Assembly: GCA_023920165.1 (NCBI GenBank)
Contig: CP089278.1
Location: 186,001 to 250,000, forward strand
Source of the DNA: Curvularia clavata
Lineage: Eukaryota
DNA length: 64,000 nt
Reading direction: 5' to 3'
The first letter of the stretch is position 1. Each line of letters opens with the position of its first letter. Shown here one piece after another: positions 11,995-25,552 of this stretch. The notes under the pieces were generated by a model. The model saw nothing but the letters and a program-made list of their open reading frames with translations, searched no databases and was not told where the DNA came from. The position numbers were made by a program, and so were the translations under genes.

Positions 11995-13484
11995 CTACTC
12001 CCAGTCCTCCTCGTCGCTCTCCTCAGCAACCGCCTTCTTCTTGTCGTTTTGCGGGCTTCCTGGTGCGCGGCTCGTGGCTCCGCTGACTAGATCGTAGCTG
12101 GCATCGCTGTCGGCTACGCTCTTCTCGTCGTTGGATCGGCGGGGTTGGGTAGTTGTGGGCTTTGCTTCATGTGAGGGCTTGAGGGTGTTGACTGAGGCGG
12201 CGAGATCCTTGGAAGCGGGTTTGGCTGCTGCAGGTTTGGGAGTACTTGAGGTGGGCTTGGAAGCAGCGGCGACAGTTGCGTTGTCGTCGGAATCTTCATC
12301 TTCATCGTCGTCTTCCGAGTCTTCTTCGGATTCTTCTTCGTCCTCGTCTTCGTCATCATCGTCGTCTTCCTCTCCCTCTTCTTCTTCCTCAGAGTCCTCG
12401 TCCCACGCAACCTCTTCATCGGCGGCGGGTGTGGAAGCTGCTTTCAGTTAGTGATCTGCATGATCTTATAGTATAAATCTTCTTATTGTCGAAACGTACC
12501 CTTGAGCATTTCTCTCCTCCTCTGCTCCTCACTTTCAATGACATGGCGCAAAAAGTAGTACCTGCACCAGAAAGTCTTGTACTCGACCTTCTCTGGCACG
12601 CATTTTTCCATGGCGCTCCTCAACTCCTCATGCTTCTCCAAATCTTTGGAAATGGCATCCGTCTTGGACTCTACATCAAACGAAGCCTTCCATTTCTCCC
12701 ACTCTGGGCTAGCGGGGTCTTTGAGGAACGAGTCAAGGGTCGAGTGGATGACGTGCAGCTGGGCGTCAAAACGGGTAGCGTGGACGACCTTCTTGCCTGT
12801 GCTGTCTTTGGATTCGAAAAGGACATCACCTTTCTTGGCCGCTTCAGAGCCAGACTCAGGAGGTGCGATGGTGACGGCGTCGCGGAGAAAGTTACGGATG
12901 TTGCTTCCAAACTTGAGCAACGCTTCGTCGGCCGCATCCTCTGCCTTTTCGACATCCTTGAGGCGTTTCGCAGCTTCGGACTTGAAGCGTGAGAGCATAC
13001 CCTCTGCTTCCTTGACGATATCCGCAGTAAGGGACTCAGGACGATCTGGATGTGCCTCTATGTCCTCCTTTGGCTTGTCCGCAGCGTCGTCTTGTACGGA
13101 AGAGGCGGATCTGGAGGCCGATGCGTCATTGGGCTGCAGGGAAATCTTGCGGGCATGGCTAATAATGTTGGAAACGCTTGCTGTGGCATTCTTGGTCAAG
13201 GGCGCGTATTGCTTGCTTGCGTTGTCGTAGTACTGCTCGCCCTGTGTCGCGTGTGGTTAGCGGTCAGTCGGTCAGGACGACCGCTGGGGCAGTCTCACCT
13301 GCTTCTTCACATTACCCAGGAACCCACCGAGTCTGGCAGCCCATGGACTGCTTGATATCGCCTTGTAAGCATCCTGGAACTCGGTGTTGAAGTTGCTGGC
13401 TGTCTCTTGGTGGGTGCTGTTTCCGCCTGCCGAGTCCTTGGTGGGGTAGCTCTCCTCCTGGATGTGGTCGTAGGCGGAATCCAT
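11995..13484 (-). CDS. DOS2: BSD-domain protein (Dos2-like); exons 13484-13299, 13241-12500, 12440-11995
   Basis: [11 protein letters not shown] start, BSD motif [24 protein letters not shown], acidic region and C-terminal EEDWE. Confidence 0.88.
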
Positions 13485-13948
13485 GGCTACGCTGTTCCAG
13501 AAGGGCAGCGATGGGAGCAGCGAGTGAGGGCGGTACGGTTATGAGGGTTGGTCGCGAGATATGTTGGCGAGCTGCACCAAGGGTTCAGTGCAGTACGAGC
13601 GGGGGCATGCATGATGCTCCGCATGTCAGTGCGCTAGCAATTGGGCGAGGACTACTTGCGGCGTCAGGTACACATACATGTGCAGCAACATTCAATGCAG
13701 CAACAAGCCAACATGTGCTAGTTCAAAGCAGCCAGTGTGACACTCGCATTCAGATTTGCTTTTTCTGTCTATTCCAAGTGTGTATTTTCCCTTCCAGCAC
13801 GGCGATCCGTAGCTGTTATCGTACACCGCGCCTTCTATTTCCCTTCCTGCTGATCTAGCATACGACACTGTCCAACTCGCTATCGTTACCACTTCCATAA
13901 TTTCTATGGCTTGTTTTCTTTTCTCTGGATCATAGTTGCGCTTCTGCC

Positions 13949-14576
13949 TCACCTCTTCTTCTTAACCACAGTGGTGAAACCATCCTCGTCCACTTCCGGC
14001 TCCGGTTTGGTCTTTGGCTTCGCAGGCACAAGAGCCGGCGCATCCGTCATGTCCGTGTCCTCTTCCTCATCGCTCTCCTCGTCCACACTGTCCCACTCGC
14101 CTTCTTGGTTGGTCTCCCGGACATTGACGCTGCCCGTCGCAATCTCCTTGCCGTTTCTCGCCTCCCACTTCTTTCGTAGTGCGTCTACCGTGGCTGTGCT
14201 GCCCTCGCCAATCTCCTTGCGTATGGTCATAATCTCACGTGCGACTGCGATTTCGGTCTCGTCTTCTACGCGCACACCAAATTCATCTTCGAGAACTTGC
14301 AGCAGGATCACCTCGACGTCCTCTGCGTCGGTCAGAGGCTCGGCCGCAAAACGCTCCGAAATCTGGCCTGCAAGCCAGTCGCGCTTCTCAGACGACTCGG
14401 GACCGCCCCACTGGTTTTGCACGGCAATGGTGAGGTTGGCCCAGTTGAAGAGCGCATACCAGATTCCGAGATCAAAGGTGTCTTGGAGATCCTCTGCACC
14501 CAGACGCGGTTAGATGTGCCAGTACGTAATAACCATTTCTCTACTCACCAGCAATGGGGCCGAATACTGAAGTCAT
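13949..14576 (-). CDS. TSR2: Pre-rRNA-processing protein TSR2; exons 14576-14549, 14493-13949
   Basis: WGG domain (LFNWANLTIAVQNQWGGPESSEKRDWL), DEF motif, C-terminal VDEDGFTTV. Confidence 0.92.
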
Positions 14577-16086
14577 GTTGGGCGGGACGTTTGCTGCGAA
14601 GAAACACTGAACGCAGGTTTGCGTCACTTTGGTATAACTTTTTGAAATTGTTATCGATAAGCGGCCCCTCCATTGCCTTGCCTCACGTGAGAACGTGATG
14701 TGCAGATCTTGGCAGCTATGTTTACTTCACCCCTTGATAGTAACTCTGTACTATAGAAGCTGGATCCTGCAAGTATACAAAATCCCTAGAAATACCTGTT
14801 TCATTTCTTGGCAGAGCTTTCCTCAGCAATCACACTCTATATGTACTGTCTATCACTCCTAATATCCACAGTTCGCCCATCCTTACAGTGTTGTCGCTGT
14901 GTTGATCAGGTAGGCATACCAATTACACGTATGCTCCATTCGAGGTTGTAATCCAAGGCATGATGGTCTAGATCTGTAGACAATGGCGTGCACTCCTTTT
15001 TTTTAGAGTGCAATAGGAAAGCAGGAACCCGAGATTAGTCGGGGAGTTCCAACTTTGCTCCAATAACTCTCAGCGCAAGCCTAGATAAGATGCGGAGCTC
15101 GTCCTGCCAACTAGATTGGCTGTATCATTTGATGAGATGCTAGCAGAAAATGCAACGTACTTAGCAATTCGCTTATCATCTGGATGTACATGATGCTCCT
15201 GCGCTAGTGGCTTTAGTGACGGAATTTTCCCCCCAGCGCCGCTGAGGCAATGCAACCACCTGGCCTTGAGCTGTATTGGCGGCTAGGCCATGCCACCGTA
15301 GCATTCCTCTCCGGCAGTGAGGAACAAGTACCGATGCATGTCGGAGCACAAAAAAAGAGAAGAATGACAAATGACCTGCCGTGTTGTGCGTGGCTGTGCT
15401 CCTAGTGAACCATTACAGAGAGCAAAGTAAACCCACCCCCTTATGCCACTGAAGTCATACTGTTGCGTCATGGGAGGAGCTCGCTAGATGGACGACACTA
15501 CTGGCTGGAAAGCTCTATGGATTTCTCGACTGCAGAGCTTTCGACTGTGGCAGCGAAAAACAAATGTAGAAATCTATTGTGTCTTGTGAATATTAGTAGT
15601 ATACATGGTGTTGAAGCAGAGGGGTACGCCTAAAACACGACACAGTCACAACCCACGCGCCAGCGCAGCTGGCGGATAACCAAGATATGCAAGAGCCCCG
15701 GCAGATGGCAAAAAGAAGACGTTCCCGCGATCACAGCCGGGATGGCAGCGCAGATCTGGAGGCATGTAGCGGAGATGCAGGCCAAAAGCTGCGAGCGTTG
15801 ACGTCATGGCGCTAGCTAGACCCTGGTTGTCGAGCGGAGGGGAGAGCTTTAAATTAGTCGCGCATCCTCTTGTCGGGACCCTGCTTTTTTTCCAGACATT
15901 ACTTAATCGCATGTGATCCACCGCTCTTCCATATCGGTGCATCTTATTTCCCAGTAATACTTGCATACCCCACTTCAGCCGGTCCGAATCCCTTAGAGCT
16001 ACGTGAAGCTCCACGATACCACGCCGCTGTCTACAGGCACTTTCCATTGGCATCTTACCACCCTACGATAATATTCTTCCCTCACA

Positions 16087-17689
16087 ATGTCGGCTCCTAC
16101 CTCTGCCACGAGTGAAATGCCATCGCGCACCTTCACCAATCGCTCTGGCGACGACGATGCCATCCCTGGAGAGGACACCTCAGAGGTAAGCTGCCAGCGA
16201 CCTATCTCAACAAACATAACACTAACACTCGTGCAGGTCACCAAGCTCTTTGCAGAGCGATTACAGGCCTGGAAACATGCAGTTGGCTACCTAGAGGACT
16301 ACATTACCGCAACAGAAAAGACCAACCATGCGCACGGAAAGGAGTACGAGCGCGTCTTGAAAGTCGGTGTGACAATTTGTACCAGTTGCACGCATAAACT
16401 AATGCAAAACAGACGGTCAAGGACCCATTGAAGGAAGGCCATCACTTTGACCAATCCCTTGGTGGTATTGCAGGCATGTTTGAGAATATCCGGTCAAACA
16501 CCCAGGTACGATATCCCATACAGAGTAACGAAGGCGGCTCGACTGACCGTACCAGGGCATGTCCAACCAGCACTACGAGACAGCAAAGCAGCTGAAGTCC
16601 GCCATTCTGCCTATTTTTGAGCGCCTGCACAGCGAGATTAAGAACAAGAACAAAGAGCTCACAAAGGGTGCTGGAAAGGGCAGCAAGGCGGTTGACAAGG
16701 CCCGCCTGCAGACTCAAAAGCACATTGAGCTTCTCGGCCAGCATGCCGCCGCATTCGACTCGCACAGCAGCAGTCAGATGAAGGCCACAGACGACCCTTA
16801 CATCCTGCGTCGTGGAATCAACCACCGTCTGCACAAGCAGGTCCAGGAAGAGAACAACAACCGACAAGACCTGATTGCCGTGCAAAATTCGTTTGCGCAG
16901 TTTGAGGCCCACATCATCCAGGAAATTCAGCACGGAATGGGCCAGTTCTTGCAGGTCGTCACTACGCAGGCTGAGCATACAAAGGCAGCGTACGGAGACA
17001 TGGTCGGCACTTCTCAGCGCATCCCCCTCGACTTTGAATGGAACGGCTTCATCCAGCGCAACAACAACGTCCTCATTGACCCCTCTGCACCTGCACGAAC
17101 TCTCGCAGACATTTCCTTCCCCAACCAGAACCACCGTGCGACACAGCCTTTGATTGCTGGCTCGCTCGAGAAGAAGGGCAAGATCATGCGATCGTACGAC
17201 ACAAACTATTATGTCGTCACGCCATCCAAGTTCTTGCACGAGTTCAAGACGGACGATGATTTTGCAAAGGACCCCGCCCCGGAGTTATCTCTCTACCTTC
17301 CCGACTGCGTCATTGGTGCCGTTAACGGCCAAAAGTTCAACGTCAAGGGCAAGGATACGTCCAAGGGCAAGATTGGCGGTGCCTTTTCCATGACACACGA
17401 GGTGGCTTTCAAGGCACACACACCACAAGCCGCCCAGCAATGGTGGGAGGTCATTCGCCAGGCCGCGGGTACGGTCACCACTGAGGCACCTGATGCCAGT
17501 GTGCCTACGAGCCCCGTCTCCCCAAGTGAGAAGCAACCTGCTCCGCTCCAGACACAGGGGCTAGAAAAGACGGAAACCGCTCCAGGTTCAGCAGCGCCTG
17601 CTAGTGCTACTACGCCTGCACCTGCTAGTGCTACTACACCCGCGCCCACCAGTGCTACCGCAGCTCCTGGCGAGACGGTCAAGAACTAG
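16087..17689 (+). CDS. BAR-PH domain protein (Slm1-like family); exons 16087-16185, 16237-16362, 16413-16505, 16556-17689
   Basis: Helical N-terminal region followed by PH domain (GSLEKKGKIMRSYDTNYYVVTPSKFLHEF..PELSLYLPDC..FKAHT..WWEVI); three frame-preserving introns; C-terminal PASATTPA repeats. Confidence 0.85.
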
Positions 17690-18028
17690 TTGCGAGACCC
17701 GCGCGACGCCAGGAGAAGTCTGGAAACAGATCTACTGCTTGAATGTGTGCGGCTTTTACTGACCAAAATATTCCACAGCTGACCTCCCTGATCCCGTATG
17801 GTGATATGACGACGCTGCACATGGGATCCAAGATATGGGTAGAGCTCAACTCCGATGACGCCGTCTCTTTTGTACGAATTTGATGGGATACATGTTGCTG
17901 GTTGGCTTTCGTTGCGTACACGCGTACTCTGCACATATCCCCATGCACACGCACATGCACTTCTGTTATTATACCCCCTATCGAATTCTCTAGTAATAAT
18001 TATCCGTCGGATACCTACGTATTCATAA

Positions 18029-19228
18029 TCAATCCCACATTTGTCGCACATTCAGGTTGACTCTCTTGTTTGCCATCCACCCAGTCCACGCGTGATACTC
18101 TCCTTCGTCTCCTTCTTGTTCTTCTCCTCGTACAGCAGTACCCGGCCATGCCTTTAAATAATCCGGACACGTGCCCGCCACAATCTGTGGTACGCCATGC
18201 CATGCAAAGCGCGAGTCCCCACTCATGTAAACCGCACTGCCAGACCTCAGCCTCAAGGTCAGAACCCTGTCGCTCCCTTGGCCATCATTCTCGTCGTCCT
18301 GAACACCCGAAGTCCCCAGCACAAAAATGGCGTCGCAGCCTAGGCTCACGCTGATTAGACCCGTAGCACTGGTCTCGGCCACGTCGCGATGCAGGCTGAG
18401 TGTGTCGCCTGGAGAGTACAAGTTCACGATTGCGGCTTCAGCTTTTGTGGCGGGGAAAAGAGATTCCAACAGGCCCTTTGTGTCTGAGGGGAAAGGTGGA
18501 GGTACCGTTGAAGGATACTGCTTTGCGGTCCAGTCGTACTGACCCCCGAGTGTGGTCCAGCGAAGCTTTTTGTTGAGCAGTTGGCTTATATTCAGGGGTT
18601 TGTGGACAGTGGGGTCGAGAGGATTGGCGAGCGGAGTGGAAGAGGATGGGGGGATGGAGAAGAAAGAGGATTGGGCAGGAGGGTAGGAGAGGCTATAGTG
18701 AGTGTGAATGTTTGTGAGATGAGAAGGGTGAGAGAGATCTCGGTGCAGCAAACGTGATAGCAGTATGGATTGGATTTCTGCAGGGAGAAGACAGGGGATG
18801 ATGTGGAGGCCTACCTGGTGTCAGGGCTGGAGGAACAGAAGGGCGGAACAAAAATGTTGACCGAAGAAAACTCCTGGACAGCAAATGCACATGAATTTGG
18901 GACGGCAGTTGAGATGAGATGTAAGAATTCAGGTTGCCCTACCTGGCATGTCGCTATGTTCGAAGACTGGCACTGATGCGGGGATGTTGGCGTCTTCCAG
19001 ATTTACGTCTTGGCCAGCAAAATTCCGAAAAATAGGGTCCAAGTCTTTGGATGAATACTCTTTTACCAGATGTATTTTACTATTGGTAGTCGTTCCAAAC
19101 GCATCCTCGCCGGACAGATCAATAATGTCCTGGTCATGGTTCAGTGCATCCAGCTTCATCTTCTGGTATTTCTTGTAGACATTCCGAATACCATCTGGCG
19201 GCCTTTGATGTGGATCGAGGTGATGCAT
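18029..19228 (-). CDS. AlkB-family 2OG-Fe(II) dioxygenase (ALKBH1-like); exons 19228-18943, 18810-18029
   Basis: KKLRWTTLGGQYDW, EAAIVNLY, HRD..HGV iron ligands and RVNLNVRQ 2OG-binding motif. Confidence 0.92.
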
Positions 19229-19608
19229 GCTGGGCCAGGGACTGCAGTGAAGGCAGGCGATTAAATCGTGGTGGTGGCATATGTAAGGGATTGTGGGGGG
19301 CAGGGGTTGTGGTGAGCCCTAATCTCGCGTTTGCGGCTGATGGCGGCGCGTTGCCCAATGCGGCGAGGTGTTTACCGTCTCTGAAATTCCCATGCACAAC
19401 ACCAACACCAACTCTCTTCTTCTCTCCTCCCGCTCTGTGACCCCCGCAGCGGCTCCGCCCACCCACGACTACTAACCACAGGTCACGATTACGAGAGTTC
19501 GCTCAGAACGAACATCGACCGCCGCTACTGCACTTCGCAACTTGGACGCGGCTGCACCAACACGCTTGACCGCTCGTCGTCTGCAGGACCCGCAGTCGAC
19601 ACTTAGCT

Positions 19609-20755
19609 ATGGAGAACTACCAGAAGTTGGAGAAGGTCGGAGAGGGTACGGATGCGTCTACATAGCAGCCTCGCTAGCTGTAACATTGCCTGTTTGCTTC
19701 TGCTAACGCCTGTCAGGAACCTACGGTGTCGTGTACAAGGCGCGCGACCTCACTACCAAGGACCAGCGCATTGTTGCCCTCAAGAAGATTCGTCTCGAAG
19801 CCGAAGATGAGGGTGTCCCCTCGACTGCCATTCGCGAGATTTCTCTCCTCAAGGAGATGAACGACCCGAACATTGTCCGCCTGCTGAATATCGTTCACGC
19901 CGACGGTCACAAGCTCTACCTTGTCTTCGAGTTCCTCGACCTTGATCTGAAGAAATACATGGAGGCGCTGCCAGTCAGCATGGGCGGACGTGGCAAGGCG
20001 CTGCCTGAAGGCTCGGGCCTTGCAGGCCAGACTCTGAGCATGGACGACAAGACAGTGAAGAAGTTTATGATGCAGCTTTGCCAAGGCGTCCGGTACTGCC
20101 ATTCTCACCGTGTCCTGCATCGCGATCTCAAGCCTCAGAATCTGTTGATCGACAAGGACTGCAATCTCAAATTGGCGGATTTTGGTCTTGCCCGGGCTTT
20201 CGGTGTCCCGCTGCGAACATATACTCACGAGGTACGTCAATTGCCAACACGTATTATCTGGCTTCGTTTCTGACACAAAATAGGTCGTCACCCTGTGGTA
20301 CCGTTCCCCTGAGATTCTACTTGGTGGTCGCCAATACTCGACCGGTGTCGACATGTGGTCTGTCGGCTGTATCTTCGCTGAAATGTGCACACGCAAACCC
20401 CTCTTCCCTGGTGACTCTGAGATTGACGAGATCTTCAAGATCTTCCGGTATGTGCTCCCCTCATTTACATATCGACCCCCAACTAACAAATACCAGCATC
20501 CTTGGCACACCCAACGAGCAGGATTGGCCTGGTGTAACGTCCTTCCCAGACTTCAAGCCTTCGTTCCCCAAGTGGGCTAAGACGGACATTGCAAACATTG
20601 TCACCAACCTTGACGAAGTCGGTCTCGACCTGCTTGACGCGCTCCTTGTATACGACCCCGCTGGCCGCATCTCGGCCAAACAAACCGTCATCCACCCCTA
20701 CTTCGGCGGCATGAACGGTGACACACGCCACGAGTATAGTAACGGCTACCACTAG
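19609..20755 (+). CDS. cdc2: Cyclin-dependent kinase 1; exons 19609-19645, 19717-20231, 20284-20447, 20497-20755
   Basis: [59 protein letters not shown]. Confidence 0.98.
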
Positions 20756-21139
20756 CGATCCCTGGAGGACGCTACGAATATGATGCAATTTTAGTGGCTG
20801 TGGCTGCACAGTTTCTTGCAGAGGGCATAAACCTTTGGGGCTGCGTGAGATTTGCCGCTATGTTCTGGATACACGGATTAGGACTGTACCTCATCGGACA
20901 GCACGAGGCGTTTCGGTCGGGATATGTTATGTACGAAAACACTTGCATCGAATATCACTCTATAACTAAGGTTGCCCTGCATATGCCATGTGGATCACAA
21001 GCACGTTGATTTCCCTCCCGTCTTGGTGTTGTACAGGGCGCTATGACGTAGACTGTGTGCCCCACTTCAGCCCTACCGCACGCATCCCCGTACGTACCAG
21101 GTCGAATCCAGCACAGTGCCCACCTGCTTAGAAGAAACC

Positions 21140-22484
21140 ATGGCTTCTCCCGCGCCCACGTTGCTGCCCCCTGGAACGGGTCCTCGTCTGATTGTATACC
21201 ACCAGACGATTCATGATCCCAACGGCAACTATCACTCGCTGCTGCCACTGCTAACTAACAACACGGGCATCACGCATGTGATTGTTGCTGCGATACATCT
21301 CAATGAGGGCGCGGGGAACATCACACTAAACGACCATCCTCCAGACGACAAGCGGTTCGACCAGCTATGGGGAGAAGTGAACTGGTTGCAGGGCAGCGGG
21401 GTCAAGGTGCTGGGCATGCTAGGAGGGGCAGCAAAAGGCAGCTATGAGCGACTTAGTGGCGACGACGAGAGCGTACGGCATAATCCTCTTATCTCACAAC
21501 GGACCGAAGGGCCTTTATTCTGTTTTGTCTAAACACACCAAGGAGTACTAACAGCAAGCGCAGTTCGAAGCATACTATACGCCCCTCCAAGCCATCATCT
21601 CCAAGTACAAGCTCTCAGGTCTCGACCTCGACGTGGAGGAAGAAGTCACCCTCACCACCGTTACTCGCCTGATATCGCGCTTACGCACCGACTTTGGACC
21701 CAATTTCCTCATCACACTCGCGCCCGTCGCCACGGCCTTGATTCCCGATCCCAAGGTACCTGCACACCTGCGCCCGCCCCGCCCTATGCTCGCGTCCGGG
21801 CCTAGCCCCAACCCTTTGCACCCAACGCTGCCGCACCTGAGCGGCTTCAGCTACCCCGAGCTCGAATGCAGTGTGTTTGGTAAAGAGGTAGCGTGGTACA
21901 ACACGCAGTTTTACTGCGGCTGGGGAGATGCCACGAGCACGCAATGGTACGACGCCATAGTGGCAGCAGGCTGGAAGCCCGAACGCGTCGTCATGGGCGT
22001 AGTGACGCATCCCGGCAACGGCGCGGGGCACGTCTCGCTGGGCGCGTTGGCACAGAACTGCGCGCGGCTACGGGACAAGTATCGGCATGTAGGCAAAGGG
22101 TTTGGCGGCGTCATGGGCTGGGAGTACTTCAACGCAGGCGACTCGGATGCGGATATTGTCCATGTTTCGTCGCTGGGCTTACAGAGCACCAATAATAGCG
22201 AGAAATCCACCCAAGCAGGCTGGGTCGCTGCTCTCGGTCGTGTCCTCCGCACCGAACACTTGCCTCAGTCGCATACCGAGCGGCCCCTGCAAAACGTCAC
22301 GGCTGACCAGATTCGCAGCATGGTAACCAGACTACCGCAGGCAAACAGCCCGTGGCCCGACGAAGAGGTGCAGAAGCTCGTTGTGCTGGGGTTCGAGCGG
22401 CATGAGGCGCTTGCCGCGCTGAATGCTACAGATGGGAATGTGGAGCTCGCAGCGGGCTTCTTGTTTGAGCATTATCCACAGTAA
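21140..22484 (+). CDS. Non-secreted GH18 glycoside hydrolase (ENGase-like) fused to C-terminal UBA domain; exons 21140-21472, 21564-22484
   Basis: GH18 motifs THVIVAAIH, KVLGMLGGA, GLDLDVEE, WYNTQFYCGWG, FGGVMGWEYFN; no signal peptide; C-terminal VQKLVVLGFERHEALAALNATDGNVELAAGFLF is UBA-like. Confidence 0.88.
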
Positions 22485-23705
22485 AGAGTTATATAGATTC
22501 TTTATTTGGCTTAGTTTAAGGAAGAAGAAAAAAAGTTGGATAGATGATGCATGTGCAAGCGTTGTTGAGAATGTGAAGGTCAATCGTATCATCATGACGT
22601 GGCATGAGATGTGAGAAATATAGCATGACTTTTTGTTTGGATGGCCCAGTATGTGGCGTGAGAGATGTATGTGTGTAGATAGCAGATGCGGGGGTTGTTA
22701 TCAGAACGCGAGTCAGATGCATGATTCCATTGTGTTGGCTTCTGAGTAATGCACAAAGGCATGTGTTTGTTTGGACATGAGTGAGATCCCAATAAAATGT
22801 TCATTTATTGATTGATTTGGAGCAGAGAGATGAAAAACAAAAGGGGGGGTATCCTTTGACTAGCTACGGAACGCGCGCTCGCAAAACAAAAAAAATGACA
22901 ACAGCCACCACTCGTCAATCTCGCTACGATGATGCGTCTGGGACAAACCCTATTCGGGTTGCCGTATGCAACTTGGAGAAATAGTAGAAAAAAGAAAAAA
23001 AAGGAATCTAACCGGGTAAAAACTAATACAGGAGCAATCGTAAATCTATCATCTAAAGGTATGAACGTGAAGCGTAGCGAAGGGTGAGCGAGGGAGGAAA
23101 AAATAATACTAAGAAAAGAATGGATCCACCTCTTATGAGAAGTATCCAATTCATCCCACATGTCTGAGTGCTTTCCGAAAGCCCGACAACTCGTCTATGG
23201 CCTCACGAAGCGACGGAGCGGTAGACGAAGACGACGACGAAGAACGATTTCGGACTCGTGTTCGCGGAACGGGAACGGGGACCTCGAGCAAGGCGGTAGA
23301 ACCGCTGGAGCAGCTGCGGCCCCTGCGAGCAAAGGTGGGGGGTGGAGCCGTGAGCCCCACAGGACCCGGGGTGGGTGGAGCATGTGAAAACGAGTCGTCG
23401 TCGGACGAGAAGGACGAAAACGACAGGGTCGGGGTAAGAGCGGTGGTAGTGGCGTGAAGACTGCTGATTACGGAACCGAGGTATTAAGCAAATGATGGCT
23501 CATGCAACATATGAAAGTGTGCTTTTGTGAGAGTGGGGAGATCATGGGTGCCGTTTTAATCATCGAAGAAAAGGCGACATCTTCGGTGGCTGCAACGCTT
23601 CTGCGTCAAAGAGCAGGGCGCAGGCTCCTCAAAGACCGCCATGTACCGATGAATTCGACGGTGGAAACATGGGGAGAGAGAGAGGAAAAGAGTAAGACGG
23701 GTGTT

Positions 23706-25552
23706 TTACCTTCCATCATCACTAATGGTTGGGCTCTGTCTCCTGCTGTTCATCTGCGTGTTCCGGTATGTTTCCTCGTTAAGGGTGTCCAGGCTACGGG
23801 CCGGACTAGGGGTCGTAGCCCTGCTGCTTCTGCTTCTGGTTGGAGAGCTTGGTCTCGAAATCGCAATCTCGTACGAGGGCAGATCCATATCCATGCCGCC
23901 AGGGGTCCTTGAGCCTGCAGGAGTACGGACAGCGGTGTTGTAGCTAGGTGTTCTGGCTAGTGCGTCCATGTCATAGTCGGATGCAGGAAGATCAAAGTAT
24001 GCTGGCTCGCCGGTGAGCGCAGGGGTACTGTCGCCCGAGGAATTTTGTCTTGACGGCTGGAAGCGGGTGGGACGATCGCTGTGGTTCATGCTGAGGTTGG
24101 CAAGACGGTGCTGCAGAGCTGCAGCCGAGGCACCACCACCTGATTGATGCATAGCAGCGTCCAAAGACGTAAGATCCTCGGTTGAGCCGCGGCGACTTTG
24201 AGCAAAAAAGGGCGTATTAGCGCCACTGTTCATCATGCTGCGGTAGCCGCCAGGCGTCATGAAACCCGAGGGATCAATGTCGTTGTAGAGCTCGTCCAGC
24301 TGATGCAGTCCGTATGTCGGTGGGGCGTTCTGGTTAGCCTCATCTTGAATAGCCTGCTGGGTCAAGATATTCTGATCGACCACAACACTCTGGTCTTCGT
24401 TTGGAGGCAAGTTGGGCGAGATGAAGAGGTGGACGTGGTTCTTGACAAGCAGCTGACTGGTGTGCCCTTCTGGGTTCTTGAGGTTGACGAAGAGGCGCAA
24501 CTTGTGGCTTAGGCGAATGTTCTCGGTATCGACTGATTGGCGGCAGTTCTTGAGTGACTTTGGCAGGTCGAGCGTCATGGAGAAGCGATGTGACTCGTCA
24601 AAAAGCGCATCGGTGTCTTCTGTTCCCTCAGGTACCCTGTGTGCAGAGTTCTCTGGCATGTCCCCTTCGGTCACGGCGACTTGCATGTCCTGTTGGTGAC
24701 TGATGCGGCGACCAGCGTATTCTGCAAAAAGTTGGCGAGTCTCAATCAGCTCCATCTTTATGGTGGATATCTCGACACCCTTTCTGAGTGGAATGAGGAC
24801 AAAGTCGGCGGTTATGGATGTTCCAACAATGTAGTTCTTCTGGGGGACGGTAATCTTGTAGGCAAGCTTGTTGGCCCAAATGTCCTCGTTGATCTGCTCC
24901 ATGGGCATGGATTCGAGGAGGTCGCGTCCAAGGGTGCGAATTACGCGGATGTGCGCCGAAGCACTGAGCTGCTTGCTCATGTAGCCTCTATCCACCGTTG
25001 CCTTGAGAGTGTAGACGATCCAGTTTGACGGAAGCCCCTCGACGCTCTGGTCGAGGTTGGGAGGCATCTTGAATTTGAAGTCCCACTCATGGTATCCGGC
25101 ATTGATCTTGTGCGCCTTGGTCTTGTGGCCCGCATCGATAGGAAACAGGTGCGATTCCTCGAAGAGAAAGTTTGTCTTTTGGGTTATGGGCTGCGGGCTG
25201 ACTGTGTTGGTCAAATGCCATCTGTGCACGCAGAATATTAGCATGCGATTGGAGAGGCAGCGCCAGGAGGGGTGCTACCGTACGAAACTTTGCGTGTGCC
25301 GGTGAGGGTTATGCGCAAGCTGCGCACCGACATGGACTCTGGGTTGTTCAGGACCAATTTGCCCTTGAGTTCTGTCTCGTGCGACTCGGACGGCTCTCCA
25401 TAGAAGACGACGAAGGGGGAATCCGGTCTGCGCAACCAATTAGATTACAGTCACTCATGGTGGGGGGCTGCAAGGTGCAGTGTGTCGGCATACTTGATCT
25501 CCAGGGTAGGGGCGGCGTTTCTGCCGAATACGCCGACGCTTGGGCGAGGCAT
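23706..25552 (-). CDS. creD: Alpha-arrestin, CreD/Rod1-like Rsp5/HulA adaptor; two 5' introns, possible extra terminal exon 23460-23151
   Basis: MPRPSVGVFGRNAAPTLEIK start, arrestin N and C domains (LKGKLVL, HEWDFKFKMP, YTLKATVDRG, WANKLAYKITVP), PY-type motifs PPTY, PSY and LPSY. Confidence 0.85.
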
